DNA from: an uncultured Planctomycetota bacterium
GTDB taxonomy: Bacteria; Planctomycetota; Phycisphaerae; Phycisphaerales; SM1A02
NCBI GenBank assembly: GCA_963697235.1
Contig: CAVONJ010000004.1
Coordinates: 48,781 to 112,780 of the forward strand
DNA: 64,000 bases
Direction of reading: 5' to 3'
Below the pieces are notes generated by a model. That model made no database searches. It was given only the letters and a program-made list of their open reading frames with translations, and was not told the origin of the DNA. A program made the position numbers and the translations under genes. This document shows, one piece after another, positions 33,455 to 44,817 of this stretch (position 1 is its first letter; the number at the start of each line of letters is the position of its first letter).

Positions 33455-33772
33455 ATGGCGAAGTCGAAACCAACGACCACGGCGTTCGAGACCGTCGAGC
33501 CAATCGGCAGCCGCGTGCTCATCCGCAAGGACGAGGACAAGAAGATCACCAAGGTCGGCATCCACCTGCCGGACAAGATCGAGATTCCCACCCTCACCGG
33601 ACGGGTCGTCGCGATCAGCGCTCAGGTCGCGAACGACGAGGACTATCCCATCCAGCAGTACGACAAGGTGCTCTTCAATCCCAAGCAGGGGATCCCCGTC
33701 GACTTCGAGGGCGACAACCGGCTCTTCGTGATCCCCGTCGAGGACGTCGTCGCGGTGTTCCGCAAGGAGTAG
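33455..33772 (+). CDS. GroES-like co-chaperonin (Cpn10 family), standalone
   Basis: MAKSKPTTTAFETVEPIGSRVLIRKDEDKKITKVGIHLPDKIEIPTLTGRVVAISAQV...YDKVLFNPKQGIPVDFEGDNRLFVIPVEDVVAVF matches the Cpn10 layout. No groEL follows. Confidence 0.5.
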   Translation: MAKSKPTTTAFETVEPIGSRVLIRKDEDKKITKVGIHLPDKIEIPTLTGRVVAISAQVANDEDYPIQQYDKVLFNPKQGIPVDFEGDNRLFVIPVEDVVAVFRKE

Positions 33773-33817
33773 CGCTTGCATTCAGATCAGACCGCATTCT
33801 TCACCAGGCTGCTGGGC

Positions 33818-35185
33818 ATGACCGACCTCGCCGCCCTGCCGGATCCGCTGCCGATCGCGCCGCTTTGCCGGCCGTTCGAGGTGACGCTCCGCCCGCCCGG
33901 GTCCAAGAGCCTGACCTGTCGGGCCTACGTCCTGGCGGCGCTGGCCCGGGGCGTCTCGCGAATCACCGGGCCGCTGCGGAGCGACGACCCGGATCGCCTG
34001 CTCGCCGCGTTGACGACGCTGGGCGCCGGGTCGCGCTGGGAGGGTGAAGACCTCGTGATCGAAGGCGTCGCCGGGCGTTTTCCGCGCGGCGGGGCCGTCG
34101 ATCTTGGCGAGGGCGGGGCGCCGAGCCGGTTCATGCTCGCCGCCGCGTGCCTTGCGGGCGGCGAGGTGATCGTCGACGGTTCTACGCGGATGCGGGAGCG
34201 GCCGGTGGGGGAGCTGATCGCATTCCTGCGTGGGCTCGGGGCGAACCTCGAGTGCCTGGGCCGCGAAGGCCACCTACCGGTGCGGGTGAATCCCGCGGGA
34301 GCCCTGCCGGGAGGCGAGCTTCCGATCGGCACCACGCTCTCCAGCCAGTCGATCTCGGCGATCTGTCTGATCGCGCCCTGGCTGCAGCGAGGCGTGCGCA
34401 TTCGCCCGACGGCGCCGGTCACGAGCGCGTCGTACCTGGCGATGACCCTCGCCGTGCTCGAGGCCTTCGGTGCTGATGTCGAGCACCGCTCGGGTCGATC
34501 CGGTGTCGGCGAGATCCGCATCGCGCCGTGCGTGGTGCGCGGCCGCGAGTACGCCATCGAGCCGGATGCGACCAGCGCGACCTACTGGCTCACCGCGGCC
34601 GCGCTGCACCCCGGGGCCACCGCCCGAATCGAGGGGCTGAGCCAGGTATCGCTGCAGGAAGATGCACGCTACGCCGAGTTGCTCGTGCGGATGAACGCAA
34701 CGGTGCCGCCGCCCGGCCCGGGCGATCCGGCACGCCCCTCCCTGGCCATCGCGGGACCGCCCCGGCTCGGAGGCATCGAGCAGGACTTGGCCAACATGCC
34801 CGATAGCGCGATGAGCCTCTCGGTCGCCGCGGCGCGGGCGGAGGGCCCTTCACGGCTGAGCGGGCTGACGACCCTGAAGGTCAAGGAGACCGATCGCATT
34901 GCGGCCCTGGCGGCGGAGCTGAGCCGGATCGGCTGCACGGTCCAGGCGAGCGATGATGCGCTCCAGATCGATCCCGCGAAGGCGCACGATCGCCCGGTCT
35001 GCATCCGCACCTACGGGGATCACCGGATGGCCATGGCGTTCGCCATCCTGGGTCTCGCGCGGGCAGGAATATCGATCGAGAACCCCGCCTGTGTGTCGAA
35101 GAGCTATCCTGGGTTCTGGCAGGACCTGTCGGCGCTCTACCGGGCCGCGCAGCGGAAGCCCAACCAAGAGGACCGGACTTCATGA
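33818..35185 (+). CDS. aroA: 3-phosphoshikimate 1-carboxyvinyltransferase (EPSP synthase), apparently intact
   Basis: LRPPGSKSLTCRA...LKVKETDRIAALAAEL...YGDHRMAMAFAIL. Stop overlaps the next start (ATGA). Confidence 0.9.
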   Translation: MTDLAALPDPLPIAPLCRPFEVTLRPPGSKSLTCRAYVLAALARGVSRITGPLRSDDPDRLLAALTTLGAGSRWEGEDLVIEGVAGRFPRGGAVDLGEGGAPSRFMLAAACLAGGEVIVDGSTRMRERPVGELIAFLRGLGANLECLGREGHLPVRVNPAGALPGGELPIGTTLSSQSISAICLIAPWLQRGVRIRPTAPVTSASYLAMTLAVLEAFGADVEHRSGRSGVGEIRIAPCVVRGREYAIEPDATSATYWLTAAALHPGATARIEGLSQVSLQEDARYAELLVRMNATVPPPGPGDPARPSLAIAGPPRLGGIEQDLANMPDSAMSLSVAAARAEGPSRLSGLTTLKVKETDRIAALAAELSRIGCTVQASDDALQIDPAKAHDRPVCIRTYGDHRMAMAFAILGLARAGISIENPACVSKSYPGFWQDLSALYRAAQRKPNQEDRTS

Positions 35186-36999
35186 GCGACTTCTGGCGCT
35201 TCGCCAAGCAGATGCTTCGCTATCCGATCAGCCTCGGCCTATCGGTCGTGATGGCGATTCTCGCGGCCACCGGACTGGGCGTGGGGCTCGCCGCCATGGT
35301 GCCGACCCTGCAGCTCATGAAAGACCGCACGTCGCTCGTCCAGCTGGCCGAGCAGTTCAATTCCAAAGGGTCGCTTGTGCAGATTCCCCAGCGGATCATC
35401 GACGCCCTGCCGGCCGATCCCTACGCCGGTGTGATCCTGATCATCGGCACGCTGTGCGTGATGTCCGTGATCGGCTGCGCGGTGAGCTTCCTGCACCGCT
35501 ACCTCAGCATGACCGTCGCCGCGAAGACGGTCACCCGGCTTCGTCAGGAAGCGTTCCGCCACGTCCTCGCGATGCCGCTGAGCCGCGTCATCGAGCGGGG
35601 GCCGTCCGAGTACGTGTCCAAGATCGTCCGCGACACGACCGAGCTGCAGAGCGGCTTCATGGCCATCACGAACAAGTCGGTCGCCCACATCACCCGGGGA
35701 CTGGCGTGTCTGGCGGCGGCGCTCCTCGCCAGCTGGGAGGTGACCGTCATCGCACCGGTCGGGGCCGTCCTCATTGCGGTCATCCTCCGCAAGTTCGGCA
35801 AGCGGATCCGCCGCGCCAGTCGCGGCTCGCTCCAGGCGCAGGAGCGGCTGCTGCGAATCACCACCGAGACGCTGCAGGGGCTGCGGGGGGTCAAGGTCAA
35901 CACCGCCGAGCGACACGCACACTGGCGATTCCACAAGGAGAACAAGCAGCTACTCAAAGAGGAGATGCGGGCGAGAACGGCGCGCGCCTCTCGAGCCCGG
36001 TGGTGGAGATGCTCGCGACGCTCATGGTGGCCGGCCTGGCCATCATCTTTGCGGGGCGCATCATCGGCGGCCTGCCGCTCGAGAAGTTCATCGTCGCGCT
36101 CGCCTCGTTGGGTATGGCCGGCGGATCGCTGAAGCCGCTGACCGCCATCGTGAACGAGTTGCAGTCCGCCGCCGCTCCTGCTCGGCGGCTGCGAGAGGTC
36201 CTGAACGAGCCGCGCGAGGAGCCCCGTCCCTCGCGGCGGCGCTCGCTCCCCCGTCATCGCCACAGCATCGAGTTCGACGCGGTGACCTTCCGGTATCCCG
36301 GCGCTGAGCGGCCCGCCCTCACCAACGTGTCGCTGCGAATCGAGCACGGGGAGCGCGTGGCCCTCGTCGGGCCCAACGGCTCCGGCAAGACGACCCTCAT
36401 CAGCCTCCTTCCCCGCCTGCTCCGTCCGTCTCAGGGTCGGGTGCTCATCGACGACATCGACGTCGAATCGGTCTCACTCGCCTCGCTGCGCCGGCAGATC
36501 GGCCTGGTCACGCAGGAGACCATTCTGTTCCGCGGAACGATCGCCGAGAACATCGCCATGGGCAGTCTGGGCGTCACCCGCGAGCAGGTGATCGAGGCGG
36601 CGCGGCGTGCCCATGCGCCACGGTTTCATCACCCAGCTTCCCGGCGGCTACGACGCGGATATCGCCGAGCAGGGCGCGTCCCTCTCAGGTGGACAGCGTC
36701 AGCGGCTCGCCATCGCCCGGGTCATCCTCGGCGATCCCTCCATCCTCATCCTCGACGAGGCGACCAGCCAGATCGATGCCGAATCGGACGCCGCGATCAC
36801 CGCCGCGCTCGCGGACTTCTGTGAGAGCCGTACCGCGGTCGTGATCGCGCACCGCTTCGCCACCGTCCAGCACGCAGACCGCATCGTGGTGATGGACGAC
36901 GGGCGGATCGTCGATCAGGGCACGCACGGCGAACTGCTCTCGCGCTGTTCTCTTTACGAGCGCCTGACGCACACGCAGCTGCTGGGCGCCGGCGGGTGA
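35182..36999 (+). CDS. ABC transporter, fused permease/ATP-binding protein (MsbA/lipid exporter family), frameshifts near 35950 and 36600
   Basis: 6-TM N-terminal half. LVGPNGSGKTTLISLL (Walker A), LSGGQRQRLAIARVIL, ILILDEATSQID, AHRFATV (H-loop). Confidence 0.8.
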
Positions 37000-37013
37000 G
37001 ACGCTGCCCGCGA

Positions 37014-37764
37014 TCAGCGGGCCAGACTCGCCATCGCGATGATCAGCGCGATCACCGAGGCCGCGGCGCAGCAGAGCACGGCGCCGATCATCCACTTCTG
37101 GGTTCGACCGAGCATCGCCTCGAGCTTCGATTCACGCTCGTCCGCGGCGGACGCCATCTTGGCCAGCACCTGCACGGACCTGGTGTTGGACTGTCCAAGC
37201 TCCGCGAGCGAATTGCGGAACTCCATCAAGGTGCCCGTCATCTGCTTCGCCGACTCGTTGTTGGTGTCCAGCTGCCGCTGCACCATGCCGAGCACCTCGG
37301 ACTGCTGGATCGTCGTCTCGCCGATCCGCGAGCGTGTTGTTGAGTGAGCGGTCCTGCTCGCTGGCACGATCAAGATGCTCGCTGAGCAGTTCGAGCAACC
37401 GCGAGTTCTGACGGTTGATCTCCGGCAGGACCGAGAGCGCGTCGGGAAGGCGCTGCAGCACCTGGCTCTGATCGTCGTACCGGGCCGCTTGCGCGTCCAG
37501 ATGGTCGCCGATCTTGCGGACCAGACCCATGACCTCGTCATAGCTCTGTTGCAACTCGGCGATGGACCTCGATCTGGAGTTGCCGAAGAACTTCGGCTCG
37601 AGTGAAGCAATCGCCCGTCCGCCGCTCCCGGTGCGAGATTCCGCGGAGGGTGCGGCCGTCGCCACCGAGCGGGCAAGGCCCTCCGCCTGGGTTGCGGTTA
37701 GGTCCACCGTCTGCTCATCCGTCTTCCGACCAAAAAACCGGCGAACCCCCTCGAGCAGCGCCAT
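37014..37764 (-). CDS. Hypothetical tail-anchored coiled-coil protein (one frameshift near 37330)
   Basis: RBS AAGGAG then ATG (MALLEGVRRFFGRK...). Coiled-coil-like middle. C-terminal TM KWMIGAVLCCAAASVIALIIAMASLAR*. Confidence 0.35.
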
Positions 37765-37821
37765 GGGTTTGCTCCTTTGATGCATCCTGCGTTCTGTCTG
37801 AGCGATGAGGGCCACTGTACG

Positions 37822-38766
37822 ATGGGATCGATGCGGCGGTCAAACGAGCAATGGCGTCCCGCCGAGCGGCGCAGCCCGCCCGCAGCGCTGCTGCTGGCGT
37901 GGATCGTCACCCTCTCAACAGGCTGTCAACAAGAGCTCCCGGAATCGCACGCCGCACAGAGCGAATCGCCGCTGCGCATCGTGTCGCTCTCGCCCGCGAT
38001 CTCACGGACGCTCGTGGATCTGGACCTCGGAGAGTCGGTGGTGGGGCGGACACCGTTCTGCGATTCCCTCTCACGTTCGATTCCCGTGGTGGGCGATCAG
38101 CAGTCCGTCGATTATGAGCGCCTCGTACGTCTTCGCCCGACGCACCTGCTCATCCAGCTGTCCGTCACCGGCGTCGATCCGGAGCTGATCGCGTTGGCCG
38201 ATCGCTACGGCTGGTCGCTGGGACAGTGGCGCCTGGACACGATCGAAGACGTCGAGCGAATGGTGGGTGAGCTGCCGGGATTGCTCGCGCCGGAGCCCAA
38301 CGCCGAACACCGAGCGCTGAGCAACGCCGCGAGCACTCTGCGCAACGCTCTGGTCCGATGCCGCACCGTCGATCGCTCGGGACCCGTGCCGCCCTGGACA
38401 GGCCGCGTGCTGCTCGTCAGCCACATCGAGCCGGTCATGGTGTTCGGACAGGAGACGTACCTCGATGAACTCGTCACGGCGCTCGGATCGACCAACGCGG
38501 TGCGCGCTCGCGGCTGGGCCACGCTCTCCCTGGAAGACGTGGTGCGGATGCGCCCGGACGCCGTGGTGGTCGTGAGCCCGCAGCTCCGCCCGGCGGAAAA
38601 CGGTGACTGGGCGGGACCGCTGGCCGAACTGGACATCCCCGCGGTGCACGAGGGGAGGATCGCGATGCTCGCCCATCCCGATGCATTCCTGCCCGCGAGC
38701 AGCGTGGTCGAGGTGGCGGGCGAGATGCGCTCGATCCTGCGCTCCTTCGCAGAAGGTCCGCCATGA
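37822..38766 (+). CDS. ABC transporter periplasmic substrate-binding lipoprotein (BtuF/FhuD-like, class III)
   Basis: Lipobox LSTGCQQ. RIVSLSPAISRTLVDLDLGESVVGRTPFCD is typical of cobalamin/siderophore binding proteins. Confidence 0.7.
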   Translation: MGSMRRSNEQWRPAERRSPPAALLLAWIVTLSTGCQQELPESHAAQSESPLRIVSLSPAISRTLVDLDLGESVVGRTPFCDSLSRSIPVVGDQQSVDYERLVRLRPTHLLIQLSVTGVDPELIALADRYGWSLGQWRLDTIEDVERMVGELPGLLAPEPNAEHRALSNAASTLRNALVRCRTVDRSGPVPPWTGRVLLVSHIEPVMVFGQETYLDELVTALGSTNAVRARGWATLSLEDVVRMRPDAVVVVSPQLRPAENGDWAGPLAELDIPAVHEGRIAMLAHPDAFLPASSVVEVAGEMRSILRSFAEGPP

Positions 38767-38818
38767 CGGGCAGCTCGTCGAGCATGCCAGATCACCGTCA
38801 GCCGACGATCGCCGCGCT

Positions 38819-38995
38819 GGCCCGCATTTCTCACCACCATCTGCTGCGGCTGTGTAGACCGCCCGCTGGCGGCGTCGCTTTCGGCACATCGAGGCTCCGA
38901 AGGCATGACAAGCCGTCTCCGCCTCGACGGCCTCATCTCCTTGCCAACGAACGTTCTACGCACCCTCGCGACGATGTTGGTGAGAAATGCGGGCT
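38819..38995. repeat. 17-bp perfect inverted repeats bracketing 143 bp in the SBP-permease spacer
   Basis: ggcccgcatttctcacc (38819-38835) and ggtgagaaatgcgggc (38979-38994). The right arm is followed by ctagtgg, which resembles the MITE terminus. Confidence 0.5.
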
Positions 38996-39045
38996 AGTGG
39001 CGCGACGCTCGCCCACGGCGGGCGGCACGGAAAGGGCGGTGCGCA

Positions 39046-40065
39046 GTGTGGAGTAAGCGGCGCCGAATGGCGGGGCTGGTGGCGCTGACGGTGCTCGTGC
39101 TGATCCTGGCCGTGCTTCGCCTCCTCATCGATCGACCGCCCGGGGGAACGGTCTCCCTCGCGTGGCCCGACGCGGCGTACGCCGCATACCGCTACAAGCC
39201 GCTGATCGCGGGAGCAATCGTCGGCGCGGGGCTCGCCGTCGCGGGGACCCTGCTGCAGGCCCTGCTCCGCAACCCGCTCGCATCCCCCTTCATCCTCGGT
39301 GTCTCCGGCGGCGCCGGCCTCGGCGTGATGATCACGTTGACCGTGGTTTATCTCACCGGTCGCGCCGCGAGCGGTCGTCCCCTGGAAGACGGCGCAGTGT
39401 CGGTGGCGGCGACGACGGGACCGGCGATGCTGGGCGCGCTGATCACGCTCCTGCTCGTCTATCTGCTGGGCCAGCGACGAGGCTGGCTCGACCCGATCGC
39501 GGTGCTGCTGATCGGCGTCGTCATGTCGACCATCTGCGGCGCGGGCATCATGTTCTGCCAGCACCTCGTTCCCACGGGAATCCGGGGCACCTTCACGGTC
39601 TGGCTCATGGGGTACATTCCCGAGTCAACAGCGGGTTCCGCGCTGCTGCGGCGCCGGAGGCTTCACGCTCGTTGGTCTGCTCCTGGCGATGGGCATGGGC
39701 CGGGCGATGGATGCCGCTACGCTCGGCGACGCCGAAGCGCGAAGCGTGGGCGTCGCGCTGGGACCCCTGCGTCTGTGGTTGTACGCGTTGGCCGGAATGC
39801 TCACCGCGGTGACCGTGGCGCTGGCCGGTCCCGTCGCGTTCGTCGGCCTTATCGCGCCGCACGCGCGCGGCTCCTGCTGGGGCCGAAGCACACGATGCTC
39901 GTCGCCGGTGCGGCGCTGGTGGGCGTGGCCCTGGTCGTCGGCTCGGACGTCGTTCGTCAGGTCATCGATCTGGGCGGCGGGCGGATGCCGATCGGCATCT
40001 TCACTGCGCTGGTCGGCGGCCCGGCGTTCATCTGGCTGTTGCTCCGCGAGCGAGGTCGCACATGA
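39046..40065 (+). CDS. ABC transporter permease (FecCD/BtuC family), 2 frameshifts
   Basis: Polytopic. PLASPFILGVSGGAGLGVMI...IFTALVGGPAFIWLLLRE is typical of FecCD. Stop overlaps the ATPase start (ATGA). Confidence 0.75.
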   Translation: MWSKRRRMAGLVALTVLVLILAVLRLLIDRPPGGTVSLAWPDAAYAAYRYKPLIAGAIVGAGLAVAGTLLQALLRNPLASPFILGVSGGAGLGVMITLTVVYLTGRAASGRPLEDGAVSVAATTGPAMLGALITLLLVYLLGQRRGWLDPIAVLLIGVVMSTICGAGIMFCQHLVPTGIRGTFTVWLMGYIPESTAGSALLRRRRLHARWSAPGDGHGPGDGCRYARRRRSAKRGRRAGTPASVVVRVGRNAHRGDRGAGRSRRVRRPYRAARARLLLGPKHTMLVAGAALVGVALVVGSDVVRQVIDLGGGRMPIGIFTALVGGPAFIWLLLRERGRT

Positions 40066-40846
40066 GCCTCCAGATCGAACAGCTCAGCGCCGGTATGGGA
40101 AGATCCCGCGCTGCACGACGTCGAGCGCTTCCGCCACCCCCGGCGCGGTCACGGCGGTGCTGGGCCCGAACGCCGCGGGGAAGTCGACGCTGCTCGGTTG
40201 CATCGTCGGAGCGATCCGACCTCACCGCGGCAGGGTGCGAATCGACGGCCGGGAGGCCCACCGTCTCTCCGCCCGGCGGATGGCCAGGAGCGTGGCGTTC
40301 GTCCCCCAGCGTTCCACGGTGGCCGCCCCGTTCTCCGTTCGCCAGGTGGTCGAGCTCGGGCGCTGCGCGCTTTCGCCCGATTCGACTCGCGTCGAGGCCT
40401 CGATCGAACGGCTGCAGCTGCAGGAGATCGCCGATCGCCCCTACCCCGCGCTCAGCGTGGGGCAGCAGCAGCGGGTCACCCTCGCCCGCGCCTTGGCCCA
40501 GCTCGAGTCGGGCGGGCACCTGATCCTCGACGAGCCACTCTCCGCGATGGACCTCGCTCACGCGCACGATGCCGTCGAGCTCCTGAAGGAGCTGGCCGCC
40601 GCGGGAAGCACCGTCGTGATCGCCTTGCATGATGTCTCGCTGGCGGCCGCGTTCGCGGACGAAGTCTGGCTGCTCAGCGCCGGGGATCTCGTGGCGGCTG
40701 GTCCAGCCGGTGACATTCTGATCCCTGATCGCCTGGAGGCGGTCTTCTCCGTGCCATTCCGCCGCCTGGTCGACGAGGATGGCGTGAGCGTGCTCGTTCC
40801 GCTGGTTCGGATCGCGCGGGCACCGATCCGGTCTGCGGGCTCCTGA
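40062..40846 (+). CDS. ABC transporter ATP-binding protein (FecE/BtuD-like), frameshift near 40100
   Basis: VTAVLGPNAAGKSTLLG, LSVGQQQRVTLARAL, LILDEPLSAMD, ALHDVSL. Confidence 0.8.
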
Positions 40847-40920
40847 TCAGTCGATGGACGCACTACAATCGTGCTGCGAGAACACGTCACCGGTCGTCGC
40901 ACGTCGAGGGTTCGCGATTC

Positions 40921-41630
40921 ATGAACTTCAGCAAGTACGCACCGCTCATCTTCCTGGCCATCGTGGTCTATCAGATCGTGATGGCGATCGTGCAGGGCAA
41001 TGCCAAGCGACAGCAGCAGGAGCGCGCCGCGGCGCCAGCCGTGCGCCGCAGCGGGGGAACGAGCGGGTCGCTCAGGGCCGACCGACCGCGGAGACGCTGG
41101 CGGAGCGCCGCCGCGCGCAGCTCGAAGAACTGCGGGCCAGGCGGCAGGGACGGGGTATGCAGCCGGGATCACCCGTTCAGAGTCAGGACCGCGCCCGTGC
41201 CCCCGGCCCAGATGGTCCAGCCGGCGCCCGCCACGATCGTTCCGACCCTGGAACTCGGCCGCAAGGCCTTGCACAAGCAGCAGCAGGCGGAGAAGGCCCT
41301 CAAGGAGGAAAGCGCCTTCGGCGGGAGCAGCAGCTTCGAACGAGCGCCCTGCGCCAGGAGCGGGAGCAGGAGGCACAGCGCAAGCAGCGCGATCGATCGC
41401 GGCTCCTCGCCCAGCAACAGCAGCGAGAGCAGTCGCGACAGGTCATGGTCGAGGCGAGCGACACGGCGCCCGCGGGTCCGGTCGATCCGTACGCGAAGCG
41501 CCGTGCAGGAGGCATCGGACGGAGGGGGCTGGTCGCCCGAATTCATGACCGGACCTCCCTCCGAGAGCTGTTCATCTTCAAAGAGCTGATCGACAAGCCA
41601 CTGGCCTTGCGGCAAAGTGACCAGAGCTGA
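40921..41630 (+). CDS. Hypothetical N-terminally anchored low-complexity (Q/R/E-rich) protein, frameshifted
   Basis: TM YAPLIFLAIVVYQIVMAIV, then a charged low-complexity region. C-terminus ...LRELFIFKELIDKPLALRQSDQS*. Confidence 0.3.
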
Positions 41631-41726
41631 ACCGCCGCTCGGCGACCCGCTGCCTGCTTGCGGCCCAAACGCGCTCAGATCACGTCAGATAGCAGCACGA
41701 TCGGGACATCGGTATACTGCTCGCCG

Positions 41727-42907
41727 ATGGCCCAGATCCAATCGCCGCTGCTCTCCTCCGCCACGATCGACGCGGCCCGCACTCGTCTTCGGCGGATCGC
41801 CGACAGCCTGCCCGAACACCGGATCGATGCGATCCTGATTGGCACGGAGAAGGACATTCTCTACCTGACCGGGTTCATCGGGCACGACAGCCTGCTGCTG
41901 GTGATGCCGGGAACCTCGGTGATCATCACCGACGCCCGCTACGACGAGTTTCTCGATCCCTGGCGCAAAGCTGAAGTGCTCGAGGTGATGATTGGAACGC
42001 GGCACCGCCTCGAGCATGCCGTCAAGGACCTGTGCCGGTCCAGGACGATCCGTCATTTGGGCTTCCAGGCCGATTCGCTCACCGTGAGCCGCCAGCAGCG
42101 ACTCGCAGCGGCCCTCGGCGATTCCGCGCTGCACGCCACCGAGGGAATCGTGGCCGGATTGCGTCGCGCAAGGACGAGCACGAGATCGGTCGGATCGAGC
42201 AGGCGATCCGCTGCCAGGAAGAGGCGATGGCTGCGGCGCTGCCATACCTGCGAACGGGCATGCGTGAGCTCGAGTTCGCCGCCCGTCTCGAGTACGAGAT
42301 GAAGATGCGCGGAGCGCTGAAGTCGAGCTTCGATCCGATCATCGGGGCGGGAAGCAACAGCTCGATCATCCATCACCAGACCGGCTCCACGCCGATTGGG
42401 CCCGGACATCTGCTCGTCGACTGGGGCGCGATGACTCCCGACGGCTACAACTCCGATCTCACCCGCACGTTCGGCCTTGGGCCGATGACCGACAAGTTCG
42501 CGAGAGATCTACACGATGGTGCTGGAGGCGCAGCTCGCGGCCATCGAGGCGGCTCGACCCGGACGGACGTGTGCCGAGATCGACGCGGTCGCCCGCCGCC
42601 GATCATCCGCAGCGCCGGATACGGCGACTACTTCACGCACGGACTCGGTCATGGTCTGGGTCTGGACGTGCACGAGAGCCCGTACTTCAACGAGCTGCAG
42701 GACGACGTGGTGCTCGAACCGGGCATGGTCATGACGGTGGAGCCAGGCATCTACCTTCCAGGCATCGGGGGGGTGCGGATCGAGGATGACGTGCTGATTA
42801 CCGAGTCCGGCTCGCGGGTGCTGAGCCACTGGCCCAAGATCACCGGACTCTGCGGTGATCGAGCCGGGGAACGTGCCCGCGTCCGTGGGCTGAGGACGAT
42901 TCGATGA
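41727..42907 (+). CDS. pepP: Xaa-Pro aminopeptidase / M24B metallopeptidase, at least 3 frameshifts
   Basis: DILYLTGF...[16 protein letters not shown]...YNSDLTRTF...[16 protein letters not shown]...[27 protein letters not shown]. Stop overlaps the accB start (ATGA). Confidence 0.75.
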
Positions 42908-43423
42908 TCGACATTCGCAAGCTCAAGGAGCTGGTTCGACTGATGGTCGCGAACGATCTGACGGAGCTCGATCTCCGCGACAGCGAGGAGCAGGTGACGC
43001 TGCGCCGGCCCGGGCCAGCTCCGACCGTTGCTCCAGCGACTCCAGCCGCACCGGTTGCATCAGTCGCACCAGGCGGATCAGGTGGATCCGGTGCCGCACA
43101 CGACGTGTGGCCGCCGGTGCTCGCGAACGAGACGGCGGGCGCGCACCCGCCGCGACCGCGTCGGGGGCCCGAAGGATACGGCGCTCATCGAGATCGAGAG
43201 CCCGATGGTCGGCACCTTCTACGCCAAGCCGAATCCGGACGCCGCGCCGTTCGTCAGCGTGGGAACCCGGGTGACCCCGGACACGGTCGTCTGCCTGATC
43301 GAGGCGATGAAGATCTTCAACGAGATCAAGGCCGAGTGCGCGGGCACGATCGAGCGGGTCCTGGTCGACAGCGGCGATCCGGTCGAGTTCGGCCAGCCGC
43401 TCTTCCAAGTCCGGAGTGGCTGA
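42904..43423 (+). CDS. accB: Biotin carboxyl carrier protein of acetyl-CoA carboxylase, frameshifted
   Basis: N-terminus [25 protein letters not shown]-terminus [13 protein letters not shown]...[39 protein letters not shown] (biotinyl-lysine AMK motif). Confidence 0.8.
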
Positions 43424-43440
43424 ACGCCGCGGGCCTTCCC

Positions 43441-44817
43441 ATGTTCTCACGCATCCTGATCGCCAACCGGGGCGAGATCGCGCTGCGGATCATCCGTGCC
43501 GCGCGCGAGCTGGGCATCGAGACGGTGTGCGTCTACTCCGAGGCCGACCGCAGACGGCCCGTGGCTGGAGCACGCCGACCAGACGGTCTGCATCGGACCC
43601 GGTCCCGCCTCCGAGTCGTACCTGCGGATCGACCGCATCATCTCCGCCGCGGAGATCAGCGAACGTCGACGCGATCCACCCCGGCTACGGGTTCCTCGCG
43701 GAGAACGCCCACTTCGCCGAGGTCTGCCGCGACTGCCACATCGAGTTCATCGGCCCCAGCCCCGAGGCCATGGGGCGTGCTCGGCGACAAGATCAGCTGC
43801 CGCAAGATGGCCAAGCGCGCGAAGACGCCGATCTTCCCCGGCAGTCGCAGACGCGCATCGAGGACGAGGATGAAGCGGCCCAGGTCGCCGACGAGATCGG
43901 CTACCCGGTGATCGTGAAGGCGTCGGCCGGCGGCGGCGGACGGGGCATGCGCATCGCCCACAACGAGATGGCCCTGCGGGCGAGCGATCAGCGCCGCCCG
44001 TCAGGAGGCCGAGGCGGCCTTCGGCAACGGCGCGGTCTACATCGAGAAGTTCCTCGAGCGGCGCGCGGCACGTCGAGGTCCAGGTCCTCGGGCGACAAGC
44101 ACGGCAACGCGGTGCACCTGTTCGACCGCGACTGCTCGTCGCAGCGGCGCCACCAGAAGCTCATCGAGGAGGCGCCGGCGCCGGGCGTCGACCGACGCAA
44201 GCGTCGACGCGGTGGCCAAGTCGGCGGCCGAGCTCATCCGCCAGGCCGACGTACTCCGGGCGCGGCGACGGTCGAGTTCCTGATGGACGACGAGCAGAAC
44301 TTCTACATGCTCGAGGTCAACACGCGCGTGCAGGTCGAGCACCCGGTCACGGAGATGATCACCGGCATCGACATCGTCAAGGAGATGATCCGCGTCGCGG
44401 CGGGGGAGCCGCTGAGCGTCAAGCAGGAGCGACGTCAAGGTGAACGGCCACGCGATCGAGTGCCGGATCAACGCCGAGGATCCCGACCGCGGCTTCCTGC
44501 CCCAGCCCGGGCTCGATCGAGTGAGTTCGACGTGCCCGGCGGCCCCGGGGTGCGCGTCGACACGCACGTGCGGCCGGGCTACCGGATCCCGCCGAACTAC
44601 GACTCGATGATCGGCAAGCTCATCGTCCACGGCGCGAACCGCGAGGAGGCGATCGCCCGCATGCAGGCGGCGCTGGCGGAGTTCGACATCGGACCGATCA
44701 AGACGACGATTCCGCTCCACCGGCGCATGATGGAACATCGCGAGTTCGTGCGACGCCGAGTTCGACATCCACTACGTCGAGCGAATGCTCAGCGGGCAGG
44801 CGGCGATCGTCGGCTAG
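43441..44817 (+). CDS. accC: Biotin carboxylase, at least 8 frameshifts
   Basis: [29 protein letters not shown]...[16 protein letters not shown]...[18 protein letters not shown]...[26 protein letters not shown]...[18 protein letters not shown]. Stop TAG lies inside the left terminus of MITE copy 2. Confidence 0.85.

Noticed and set aside
38767-39045. Cobalamin riboswitch upstream of the BtuC-like permease
   Set aside because: No recognisable B12 box and the position is inside the operon rather than at its 5' end; the inverted-repeat explanation is preferred.
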